Shown here piece after piece: positions 1 through 15,379 of a stretch of 64,000 nt of DNA. The notes beneath the pieces were generated by a model. That model did no database searches. It saw nothing but the letters and a program-made list of their open reading frames with translations, and had not been told where the DNA came from. Source of the stretch: Lysobacter sp. (lineage in GTDB: Bacteria > Pseudomonadota > Gammaproteobacteria > Xanthomonadales > Xanthomonadaceae); NCBI GenBank assembly GCA_050737695.1, contig JBOHYB010000019.1:77-64076 (forward strand), in the 5' to 3' direction. The position numbers were made by a program, and so were the translations under genes. Each line of letters opens with the position of its first letter. Position 1 is the first letter of the stretch.

Positions 1-2
1 CG

Positions 3-2381
<2,379 letters not shown>

Positions 2382-2406
2382 CGCATCGCCACAGCCCCGT
2401 CGCACC

Positions 2407-2482
2407 TGTAGGAGCGGCTTCTGCCGCGATCTGGAATCGTCGGCCGAACCGGTTTCAGATCGCGGCTGAAGCCGCTCCTACA
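2407..2482. repeat. REP doublet (REPIN-like) 1
   Basis: TGTAGGAGCGGCTTCTGCCGCGATC...GATCGCGGCTGAAGCCGCTCCTACA inverted pair. Confidence 0.92.
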
Positions 2483-2514
2483 AAGAGCCATGCCGTCGCG
2501 AGGGCCGTGCGCGC

Positions 2515-3495
2515 ATGACGCTCGACTGGCAACCCACCGCAAGCTTCGACACCCTGCGCCTGCGCGCCGCGCTCAACGCGCGCATCCGCATCTTCTTCGC
2601 CGAGCGCGACGTCACCGAAGTCGAGACCCCGGTCATGTCAGTCGCCGGCAACACCGAGCCCAACATCGCCTCGTTCTCGTTGCAGTTCAGCGGCCGCACC
2701 GACGGCGCCTCGCGCACGCGCTGGTTGCGCACCTCGCCCGAATACCCGCTCAAGCGCCTGCTTGCGGCCGGCTTCGGCGATTGCTACGAGCTCGGCCGGG
2801 TGTTTCGCGATGGCGAGGCCGGCGGTCGCCACAATCCCGAGTTCAGCATGCTCGAGTGGTATCGGGCCGGTTGGGACCATCGGCAACTGGTCGAGGAAAC
2901 CGCGGCGTTGGTGAATGCCGCGCTGGCGCTGGTCGGGCGTGAAGCAGGACTGGAACAGACCCGCTATCGCGATCTCTATCGCGAGCGCCTCGGCCTCGAC
3001 CCGATGACCGCCAGCGACGAGCAACTTCGCCTGGCGTTGGGCGATACCGCCATCGACCCGGAAGGGTTGACCCGCGACGACTGGCTCGACCTGCTGATGA
3101 CCCACCGTCTGCAGCCGCAGTTCCGCAGCGACCAGATGCTCGCGATCCACGACTACCCCGCCAGCCAGTGCGCGCTCGCGCGCCTGCGCGACGATGGCGA
3201 GGGCACGCCGGTGGCCGAGCGGTTCGAGTTGTACCTCGGCCCGTTGGAGTTGGCCAACGGCTACCACGAGCTGACCGATGTGGTGGAGCAGGGCGCCCGT
3301 TTCGAGCGAGATGGTGAGCGACGTCGGGAACGTGGCGATGTCGTCCCGCCGGCCGACGATCGCCTGCTTGCCGGCCTCGCCGAGGGGCTGCCGGACTGCG
3401 CCGGCGTCGCTCTCGGCGTCGACCGCCTGATGATGGCGATGCTGCAAACCGACCGCATCGCCGACGTCCTCGCCTTCGATTTCTCCCGCGCCTGA
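2515..3495 (+). CDS. epmA: EF-P lysine aminoacylase (GenX/PoxA)
   Basis: Class II LysRS catalytic-domain-only protein: EVETP, LRTSPE, FRDGE..GRHNPEF, ELANGY, GVALGVDRL. Confidence 0.95.
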   Translation: MTLDWQPTASFDTLRLRAALNARIRIFFAERDVTEVETPVMSVAGNTEPNIASFSLQFSGRTDGASRTRWLRTSPEYPLKRLLAAGFGDCYELGRVFRDGEAGGRHNPEFSMLEWYRAGWDHRQLVEETAALVNAALALVGREAGLEQTRYRDLYRERLGLDPMTASDEQLRLALGDTAIDPEGLTRDDWLDLLMTHRLQPQFRSDQMLAIHDYPASQCALARLRDDGEGTPVAERFELYLGPLELANGYHELTDVVEQGARFERDGERRRERGDVVPPADDRLLAGLAEGLPDCAGVALGVDRLMMAMLQTDRIADVLAFDFSRA

Positions 3496-3551
3496 AACCC
3501 GCAGGCCTTTGCGTCTCCTTGGCTGTCGTCCGACTGGACTTCCTTTGTTGT

Positions 3552-3629
3552 TGTAGGAGCGGCTTTAGCCGCGATCTGAAAATCGTTCGCCCGCGCCGAC
3601 TCCAGATCGCGGCTGAAGCCGCTCCTACA
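3552..3629. repeat. REP doublet 2
   Basis: Same 25-nt arms; spacer in reverse orientation relative to copies 3, 4, 6 and 8. Confidence 0.92.
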
Positions 3630-3671
3630 GAAGGCACAAGAAGCTCGAGGCCAGGAGGGCCGCGGCTCGAT

Positions 3672-3677
3672 TAGAAT
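3672..3677 (+). promoter_or_regulatory. Putative -10 box (TAGAAT) for a leaderless mtnA mRNA
   Basis: TAGAAT 7 nt before ATG 3685; no Shine-Dalgarno. Confidence 0.5.
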
Positions 3678-3684
3678 CGCCCGC

Positions 3685-4746
<1,062 letters not shown>

Positions 4747-4845
4747 TTGCGCGTGGGGCGGGCCCAGCGCCTGCCACACGCTCGAAAAATCCAGCTAAGT
4801 CGTTGTTTATGCGTGGAAATCGGGGCGCGGTGAGACCCCGTTCCG

Positions 4846-4854
4846 TGCTATCAT
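4846..4854 (+). promoter_or_regulatory. Putative extended -10 promoter of gyrA (TGcTATCAT)
   Basis: TGn-TATCAT about 105 nt upstream of the gyrA ATG. Confidence 0.35.
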
Positions 4855-4960
4855 TTCACGTCTTTTTCATCTGTTCCGAAATCGCCTCGGAATGCAGCCG
4901 CCACGCGGCTTTCCGGGCGCTTCCGGGAGCAGCATCGACCTTGCCCAAGACGGAAACCCG

Positions 4961-7591
<2,631 letters not shown>

Positions 7592-7612
7592 GGATGGCGG
7601 TACCGCTCAAGC

Positions 7613-7646
7613 AGAGCGCCGCCTTTCAAGGCGGCGTTCTGTTTTT
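7613..7646 (+). terminator. Intrinsic terminator of gyrA
   Basis: AGAGCGCCGCC-tttcaa-GGCGGCGTTCT followed by GTTTTT. Confidence 0.75.
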
Positions 7647-7647
7647 C

Positions 7648-7724
7648 TGTAGGAGCGGCTTTAGCCGCGATCCGGAGTCGGCGCGGGCGAACGATTCCCG
7701 ATCGCGGCTAAAGCCGCTCCTACA
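7648..7724. repeat. REP doublet 3
   Basis: Perfect inverted arms TGTAGGAGCGGCTTTAGCCGCGATC between convergent genes. Confidence 0.93.
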
Positions 7725-7743
7725 AGAGCGCAATTGCCAAGTA

Positions 7744-8223
7744 TCACGTCAGCTGCGACAGCACATGCTCGGCCGACGACACTCGGTACTCGCCCGGCGC
7801 TTCGACATGCAATTGCTTGACCACGCCCTGCTCGGCGTACAGCGCGAAGCGTTTGGCCCGGATGCCCATGCCATAGCCGCTGGCGTCCAGCTCCAGTCCC
7901 AGCGCGCGGGTGAACTCGGCATTGCCGTCGGCCAGCATCATCAACTCCTCGGGCACGTCCTGGCTCTTGCCCCAAGCCTGCATCACGAACGGATCGTTGA
8001 CCGACACGCAGGCCACATCGATGCCCTTGTCGCGGAACTGCGACAGATGCTCGACGAAACTGGGCAGGTGCCGCTCCGAGCAAGTGGGGGTGAACGCGCC
8101 AGGCACGGCGAAGATCACCACCTTGCCATCGCCGAACAATGCCCGGGTATCGACGGTTTCGACGCCGTCGCTGATGCGTTGCAACGGAACTTCGGGCAGG
8201 CGATCGCCAACCTGGATGCTCAT
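7744..8223 (-). CDS. Peroxiredoxin, Prx5-like
   Basis: Start MSIQVGDRLP (8223), 159 aa; PGAFTPTCS peroxidatic motif, VNDPFVM, LADGN. Confidence 0.92.
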   Translation of the reverse strand: MSIQVGDRLPEVPLQRISDGVETVDTRALFGDGKVVIFAVPGAFTPTCSERHLPSFVEHLSQFRDKGIDVACVSVNDPFVMQAWGKSQDVPEELMMLADGNAEFTRALGLELDASGYGMGIRAKRFALYAEQGVVKQLHVEAPGEYRVSSAEHVLSQLT

Positions 8224-8367
8224 GGAATTCTCCTGTGTGGTTCGGCAGTCTATTGGGTATCGTTTAAACAGTGTGTCAACGCGGTGGCTTGCTACCCTTG
8301 TATCGAGGCGCCCCGCGTCCCCTGTTTGCCTGGCGTGTCGCTTGCCGCACGCTTCCTGGAGTGATCG

Positions 8368-9288
8368 ATGCAGTTCAAGGACTATTACGAAACCCTCGGC
8401 GTCGAGCCGAGCGCCGGCGACGCCGAGATCAAGACGGCCTACCGTCGACTGGCGCGCAAATACCATCCCGATGTCAGCAAGGAAGAGGGGGCCGAGGAAC
8501 GGTTCAAGGCGGTCAATGAAGCCTACGAGGCTCTGCGCGACCCCGAGAAGCGCGCGGCCTACGACCAGTTGCGCGCACGCGGTTACCGGCCCGGCGACGA
8601 CGTGCAGCCACCGCCGGGCGGTTTCGGCGCCGGCCATGGCGGTGTCGACTTCGAGGAGATCTTCGCCGGCGGCGGCGCCGGTGGCGGTTTCAGCGATTTC
8701 TTCGAAAGCATGTTCGGTCGCGGACGCGGTGGTCCGGGCGCGGCCGGCGGCTACGGCCAGCATCCCGGCGCCCGGCCGGGCCCGCGGGGGCGCGCCGATA
8801 CCCGCGCCAAGCTGGCGGTGCCGCTGGAGACCATCTACGCCGGCGACAGCGTGCGCATCGGCCTCAATGGCAAGACCCTGGACGTGCGCGTGCCCAAGGG
8901 CGTGCGCGAGGGCCAGGTGATCCGCTTGGCGGGGCTTGGCAACAACGGCGGCAACCTGTTGCTGGAAGTCGAGTATGCGGCGCACCCACAGTTCGAAGTC
9001 GACGGCCGCAACGTGATCCACATGCTGCCGGTGGCGCCGTGGGAAGCGGCGCTGGGCGCCACGGTCAGCGTGCCGACCCTGGGCGGCGCGGTGGAGCTGA
9101 AGATACCGGCGAATTCGGAAGCCGGGCGCAAGCTGCGGCTGCGCGGTCGCGGCTTGCCCGGCAAGCCCGCGGACGGCGACCAGATCGTCGAATTGGAGGT
9201 GCTGGCGCCGAGTCCGCAGGACGATGCGCAACGCGCGGCCTACGAGGCGATGCGCGATGCGTTTGGCGACGGCTGGCGCCGGGCGTAG
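8368..9288 (+). CDS. cbpA: DnaJ class II chaperone / curved DNA-binding protein
   Basis: J domain with HPD, G/F-rich linker, no zinc finger, DnaJ_C (PWEAALG). Confidence 0.85.
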   Translation: MQFKDYYETLGVEPSAGDAEIKTAYRRLARKYHPDVSKEEGAEERFKAVNEAYEALRDPEKRAAYDQLRARGYRPGDDVQPPPGGFGAGHGGVDFEEIFAGGGAGGGFSDFFESMFGRGRGGPGAAGGYGQHPGARPGPRGRADTRAKLAVPLETIYAGDSVRIGLNGKTLDVRVPKGVREGQVIRLAGLGNNGGNLLLEVEYAAHPQFEVDGRNVIHMLPVAPWEAALGATVSVPTLGGAVELKIPANSEAGRKLRLRGRGLPGKPADGDQIVELEVLAPSPQDDAQRAAYEAMRDAFGDGWRRA

Positions 9289-9323
9289 GCTCGGCGCCTA
9301 CAAAAACAAAACTCGCCGCAGGT

Positions 9324-9689
9324 TCAGCCCGGCAGCAACTGCCCGATCACCTCGGCCAGGTCGTTCTCGTCGAACGGCTTGGTCATGTAGGCCTTGGCGC
9401 CTTGGCGCATGCCCCAGACGCGATCGGTTTCCTGGTCCTTGGTGGTCACCAGTACCACCGGGATGTGCTTGGTGGTGTCGCCGCGACAGATCGACCGTGT
9501 CGCCTGGAAACCATTGAGGTTCGGCATCACCACATCCATCAGGACGAGGTCGGGGAGCTCGCGCTTGGCGGCTTCGACACCGGCCGCGCCGTCCTCGGCG
9601 GTAACAGCCTCATGGCCGAGTTTCTCGACGATGCGACGGATGCCCATCAGTTGTGAAGGCGAGTCGTCGACGATCAGGATGCGCGCCAT
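9324..9689 (-). CDS. pilH: Single-domain response regulator, PilH-like
   Basis: Start MARILIVDDS (9689); LMDVVMP..NGFQATR, TTKDQETDRVWGMRQGA, KPF. Confidence 0.85.
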   Translation of the reverse strand: MARILIVDDSPSQLMGIRRIVEKLGHEAVTAEDGAAGVEAAKRELPDLVLMDVVMPNLNGFQATRSICRGDTTKHIPVVLVTTKDQETDRVWGMRQGAKAYMTKPFDENDLAEVIGQLLPG

Positions 9690-9779
9690 GTGTTTCCCCC
9701 GGGAAGTGCGACTGGTACCGCTGCGCGTCGATTGTAGCCGCGCCGCGCGCCGCCGCAAACCGGCCGCGCGACGGTCGGG

Positions 9780-10772
9780 TCAGAACGTCACCAGGGTCCG
9801 GCCGAGCGAGCCGCCGCCAAGCATCGTCGGGAATACCTCCGGCAGCCGGGCCAGCGGCACTTCGCGGGTGCAGATGGTGTCCAGGTGTGCCGGCTTCCAG
9901 TCGCTGGCGAGGCGTTGCCAGACCGCTTCGCGGATGTCGCGGGCGGTGCCGGCCGAGGCCACGCCCAGCAGCGAGACGCCCCGGATGATGAAGGGCATGA
10001 CGGTGGCGTCGAGATCGTGCGAGGCGGCCAGGCCGGCGCTGGCGACGTTGCCGTAGGGCGAGGTCTGGGCGAGCAGGCTCGACAGCATCGGGCCACCGAC
10101 GTTGTCCAGGCCGCCGCCGAAACGCGCCGATTCCAGCGGTCGCGCGGTCGCCAGTGCGTCGCGACCGAGTACCTGACTGGCGCCGATCGACTTCAGGTAA
10201 GCGTGCTGGTCGGCCTTGCCACTGATGGCGGCGACCTCGAAGCCGGCGCGGCTGAAGATGTCGATCGCCAGCGATCCAACCCCGCCGGTGGCACCGGTGA
10301 CCGCGAGCGGGCCGAGGTCGGGCACCTGCCGGTTGTCGAGCATGCGATACAGCGCCAGCGCGGCGGTGAAGCCGGCGGTGCCGAGGGTCATGCTTTCGCG
10401 CAGGCCCAGGCCGGCCGGAAGGGGAATGGCCCACTGTGCTTCGAGACGTGCGTACTCGCTGTAGCCGCCGTCGCGGGTTTCGCTCAGGCCACACCCGGTA
10501 ACCAGCACCGCGTCGCCTTCCCGGAATTTCGGGTCGGTGGAGGCGACCACGTGGCCGGCGACGTCGATGCCGCCGACCAGCGGGAACCGGCGCAGGATCT
10601 TGCCCTGGCCGGTGCCGGCGAGGGCGTCTTTGAAGTTGATCGACGAGAACGCGGTCTTGATGACGACTTCACCGGGCGCGAGGTCGTCGAGCGCGACCTG
10701 CTCGATCCCACTGCGATAGCCGGCGTCGTCATGGTGGATACGGAAGGCATCGAAGAGGGCGGGTACGGTCAT
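9780..10772 (-). CDS. YhdH/YhfP (AcuI-like) NADPH quinone/acryloyl-CoA reductase, MDR family
   Basis: SINFKDALA, PLVGGIDVAG, VTGATGGVGS, PFIIRGVSLLG. Confidence 0.88.
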   Translation of the reverse strand: MTVPALFDAFRIHHDDAGYRSGIEQVALDDLAPGEVVIKTAFSSINFKDALAGTGQGKILRRFPLVGGIDVAGHVVASTDPKFREGDAVLVTGCGLSETRDGGYSEYARLEAQWAIPLPAGLGLRESMTLGTAGFTAALALYRMLDNRQVPDLGPLAVTGATGGVGSLAIDIFSRAGFEVAAISGKADQHAYLKSIGASQVLGRDALATARPLESARFGGGLDNVGGPMLSSLLAQTSPYGNVASAGLAASHDLDATVMPFIIRGVSLLGVASAGTARDIREAVWQRLASDWKPAHLDTICTREVPLARLPEVFPTMLGGGSLGRTLVTF

Positions 10773-11362
10773 CGCGGGTCGCTCCGGCGTTTTTCGTCAA
10801 GCCATTTGTCGGCATGCGCGGGTTGGTAGGACGACATCCAGGTCAGCATCGCCTCGATGTCGTCGCCATGCCAGAGGTCGCGTCGCTGATCGGCGTGCAG
10901 GAACCGTTCGGCGACCATGCGATCCATCATCGCGATCAACGGCTCGAAGAAGCCCGCGACATCGAGGAACGCGCACGGCTTGTCGCCGATACCGAGCTGG
11001 CGCCAGGTCAGCATCTCGAACATCTCGTCGAGTGTGCCGAAGCCACCGGGCAGGGCGACGAAACCGTCGGACAGGTCGAACATGTGCGCCTTGCGTTCAT
11101 GCATGTTGGCGACTACCTCGAGCCGGCTCAGACCGGTGTGCGCGACTTCCCAGCCGACCAGTTGCTCCGGGATCACGCCGATGACGTCGCCGCCGGCGGC
11201 CAGTGCCGCGTCGGCAACCACGCCCATCAGGCCGACGTTGCCGCCGCCGTAGACCACCGCGGTCCCTTGTCGCGCGAGACGCGAGCCCAGCGCCGCGGCG
11301 CGCTCGGCGTAGAGCGGGTTCGACCCGGGGTTGGAACCGCAGTAGACGCAGATAGAACGCAT
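10769..11362 (-). CDS. LOG family nucleotide phosphoribohydrolase (TIGR00730-like)
   Basis: CVYCGS, YGGGNVGLMG, MHERK, PGGFGTLDE; start taken at MRSICV. Confidence 0.9.
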   Translation of the reverse strand: MRSICVYCGSNPGSNPLYAERAAALGSRLARQGTAVVYGGGNVGLMGVVADAALAAGGDVIGVIPEQLVGWEVAHTGLSRLEVVANMHERKAHMFDLSDGFVALPGGFGTLDEMFEMLTWRQLGIGDKPCAFLDVAGFFEPLIAMMDRMVAERFLHADQRRDLWHGDDIEAMLTWMSSYQPAHADKWLDEKRRSDPR

Positions 11363-11372
11363 GGCAGGCAAC

Positions 11373-12470
11373 TCAGGGCACGAAGCTGAGGAAGAGATAG
11401 GCCGCGAACATCACCAGGTGGACCAGCCCGAGCAGGATGTTGGTGCGGCCGGTACGAAGCGACAGCGATGCGACGAACAGGGTCATCACCAGCAACAGCA
11501 TCGATTTGTCGTCGAGCCCGAGCACCAGCGGCCACCCCATCGCGAGCGACAGAACCGCCACGGTCGGCACGGTGAGCCCGATGCTGGCGATGGCCGAGCC
11601 GATGGCGAGGTTGAGGCTGGTCTGCAGACGGTTGTGGATGGCCGCGCGCACCGCGGCGACGCCTTCCGGCAGCAGCACGATGCCGGCGATGAGGATGCCG
11701 AGCGTGGCCGCAGGCGCGCCAAGCACGCCAAGCAGGTATTCGATGGAGGGCGAGATGCCCTTGGCGCTCAGCACCACCGCGACCAGCGCCACCAGCAGCA
11801 TCGCGAGACTGGCCAGTGCCTCGCGGTTGGTTGGCGGTTCCGCGTGCTCGTCGGGGTTGCCGTCGCCATCGTCGTCGACGGGCAGAAAGTATTCGCGGTG
11901 GCGCACCGTCTGGATGAAGGTGAAGCCGCCAAACAGCACCAGTGTCGCGATCGCGATGAAGATCAGCTGGCTGGACGTGAAGGCCGGGCCGGACACGCTG
12001 GTCGCGTAATTGGGCAACACCAGCGTGAACATGACGATGACGGTCAGCGTGGCCAGCCCCGCGGTAACACCCTTCAGGCCGAAACCCTGTTCGTGGTGGC
12101 GTCGCCCGCCCGCGAGCAGGCTGAGGCCGATGATGCCGTTGAGGATGATCATCACCGCGGCAAACACGGTGTCGCGGGCAAGCGCGCTGGTGGCCTCGCC
12201 GCCGGAAATCATCATCGACACGATCAGCGCGACCTCGATCACCGTGACCGCGAGCGCGAGCACGATTGTGCCGAAGGGTTCACCGACGCGGTGTGCGATG
12301 ACCTCCGCATGGTGGACGGAGGCGATGACGCTGCCGCCAAGTCCCAGGACCAGCAGCGGCACCAGGCCCGGCAATCCGGGCACAAGCCAGGACAGCAACA
12401 GGATCAGGACGCTCGCCAGAGGCACCGCCAGCGTCCATGCGGGGTTGTGGTCGATTGCGTGGGCGGTCAT
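11373..12470 (-). CDS. chaA: Ca2+/H+ antiporter, ChaA family
   Basis: HHAEVIAHRVGEPFGT, LLPEGVAAVRAA..NRLQTSLNLAIGS alpha repeats; many TM helices. Confidence 0.85.
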   Translation of the reverse strand: MTAHAIDHNPAWTLAVPLASVLILLLSWLVPGLPGLVPLLVLGLGGSVIASVHHAEVIAHRVGEPFGTIVLALAVTVIEVALIVSMMISGGEATSALARDTVFAAVMIILNGIIGLSLLAGGRRHHEQGFGLKGVTAGLATLTVIVMFTLVLPNYATSVSGPAFTSSQLIFIAIATLVLFGGFTFIQTVRHREYFLPVDDDGDGNPDEHAEPPTNREALASLAMLLVALVAVVLSAKGISPSIEYLLGVLGAPAATLGILIAGIVLLPEGVAAVRAAIHNRLQTSLNLAIGSAIASIGLTVPTVAVLSLAMGWPLVLGLDDKSMLLLVMTLFVASLSLRTGRTNILLGLVHLVMFAAYLFLSFVP

Positions 12471-12549
12471 GCGGGGTCTCCGGTGTGCGCGTCAAGGCAC
12501 GACGCACCGGGGCGGCCGCAGGGATCCCGACGGAGGGCAGGGTTGTCGA

Positions 12550-14007
12550 TCAGTTCGCCTTGTGGATGGCGCGCTTGCTGACCGCCATCGCGGCATCGTG
12601 GATCGCCTCCGACAACGTCGGATGGGCGTGGCAGATGCGGGCGAGATCATCGGCCGAGCCGTTGAACTCCATCGTCAGCACGCCTTCGTGCACGAGTTCG
12701 GACACGCCGACGCCGACCAGGTGCAGGCCGAGCACGCGGTCGGTTTCCTCATGCGCGATCACCTTGACGAAGCCGGCCGGCTCGCCCATCGCGACCGCGC
12801 GGCCGATCGCCGCGAACGGGAAGCTGCCGACCTTGTACGGCGTACCGGCTTCCTTGAGCTGCTGCTCGGTCTGACCGACCCAGGCGATCTCGGGCTCGGT
12901 GTAGATGACCCACGGGATGGTGTCGAGGTTGACGTGGCCGGGCAGGCCGGCGATCAGCTCGGCGACGGCGATGCCTTCCTCGAAGCCCTTGTGCGCCAGC
13001 ATCGGGCCGCGCACGCAGTCGCCGACCGCCCACACGCCATCGACGCCGGTGTGGCAGTGCTCGTCGACCTCGATCCGGCCGCGGTCGTCGAGCTTCACCC
13101 CGGTGCCGTCGGCCAGCAGGTTCTTGCTGGCGGCCTTGCGGCCCACGGCGACCAGCAGCTTGTCGACCACGATCGACTGCTCGCCGTCCTTGTCGTTGTA
13201 GGTCAGGTGGACTTCCTTCGACTTGCCCTTGCCCCCGCTCTTGGAAGACACGACCTCGGCCTTGGAGACCTTGGCGCCGAGCTTGATGTCCAGGCCCTGC
13301 TTCTTGAATTCCTTGGCTGCGGTCTTCGCGACCTCGGCGTCGGCCGCGGCAAGGAAGTCGGGCAGGGCCTCGAGTATCGTGACCTCGCTGCCCAGGCGCT
13401 TCCACACGCTGCCCAGCTCCAGGCCGATCACGCCGGCGCCGATCACGCCCAGACGCTTGGGCACCGACTCGAAGTCGAGCCCGCCGGCGTTGTCGACGAT
13501 GGTCTCGCCGTCGAATTTGGCGAACGGCAACTCGATCGAGTCCGAACCGGCGGCGATGATGACGTTGGTGCCTTTCAGCTCGACTTCGCTGCCGTCGTGC
13601 TGCTTGACCTTGACCAGGTTGCCCTTGTGCAGGGTGCCGAAGCCGTAGAACGCGGTGATCTTGTTCGCCTTGAACAGCATCGCGATGCCGCCGGTGAACT
13701 GCTTCACGATCTTGTCCTTGCGGCCGACCATCTGGCCGACATCCATCTTTGCGTCCTTGAAGCTGATGCCGTGGTCGCCGAACAGGTGGCCCATGTTCCA
13801 GAACTGGCGCGAGGAATCGAGCAGCGCCTTGGACGGGATGCAGCCCACGCGCAGGCAGGTGCCGCCGAGCGCCGGCTTGCCGTCCTTGCCCAGCGCGGCG
13901 TCGATGCACGCGGTCTTCAGGCCCAACTGGGCGGCGCGGATCGCCGCATGGTAGCCGGCCGGACCGGCACCGATCACGACGACGTCGAAGTTCTGCTGTT
14001 CGCTCAT
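12550..14007 (-). CDS. lpdA: Dihydrolipoamide dehydrogenase (E3)
   Basis: GAGPAG, GGTCLRVGCIPSK redox disulfide, HAHPTLSE; follows sucB. Confidence 0.97.
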   Translation of the reverse strand: MSEQQNFDVVVIGAGPAGYHAAIRAAQLGLKTACIDAALGKDGKPALGGTCLRVGCIPSKALLDSSRQFWNMGHLFGDHGISFKDAKMDVGQMVGRKDKIVKQFTGGIAMLFKANKITAFYGFGTLHKGNLVKVKQHDGSEVELKGTNVIIAAGSDSIELPFAKFDGETIVDNAGGLDFESVPKRLGVIGAGVIGLELGSVWKRLGSEVTILEALPDFLAAADAEVAKTAAKEFKKQGLDIKLGAKVSKAEVVSSKSGGKGKSKEVHLTYNDKDGEQSIVVDKLLVAVGRKAASKNLLADGTGVKLDDRGRIEVDEHCHTGVDGVWAVGDCVRGPMLAHKGFEEGIAVAELIAGLPGHVNLDTIPWVIYTEPEIAWVGQTEQQLKEAGTPYKVGSFPFAAIGRAVAMGEPAGFVKVIAHEETDRVLGLHLVGVGVSELVHEGVLTMEFNGSADDLARICHAHPTLSEAIHDAAMAVSKRAIHKAN

Positions 14008-14035
14008 TTCAAATGTCCTTGTGGCTCGTTGCGTA

Positions 14036-14058
14036 AAGCCCCGCGCAGGGCGGGGCTT
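14036..14058. other. Stem-loop between sucB and lpdA
   Basis: AAGCCCCGC-gcagg-GCGGGGCTT; only a short T run on the minus strand. Confidence 0.5.
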
Positions 14059-14067
14059 CGGCGGGCA

Positions 14068-15303
<1,236 letters not shown>

Positions 15304-15379
15304 GGGGCTGGCATCCTGGATTGCATGAAATTGTGGGCGTGAAGTCGGGACTTGATCGGGGAGAACGAGGCGGACCGGA

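Noticed and set aside
8255-8281. AT-rich GTTTAAAC palindrome and a minus-strand TTGACA between the peroxiredoxin and cbpA
   Set aside because: No correctly spaced -10, and the match to a PsrA-like site has the wrong spacing; too weak to assign.
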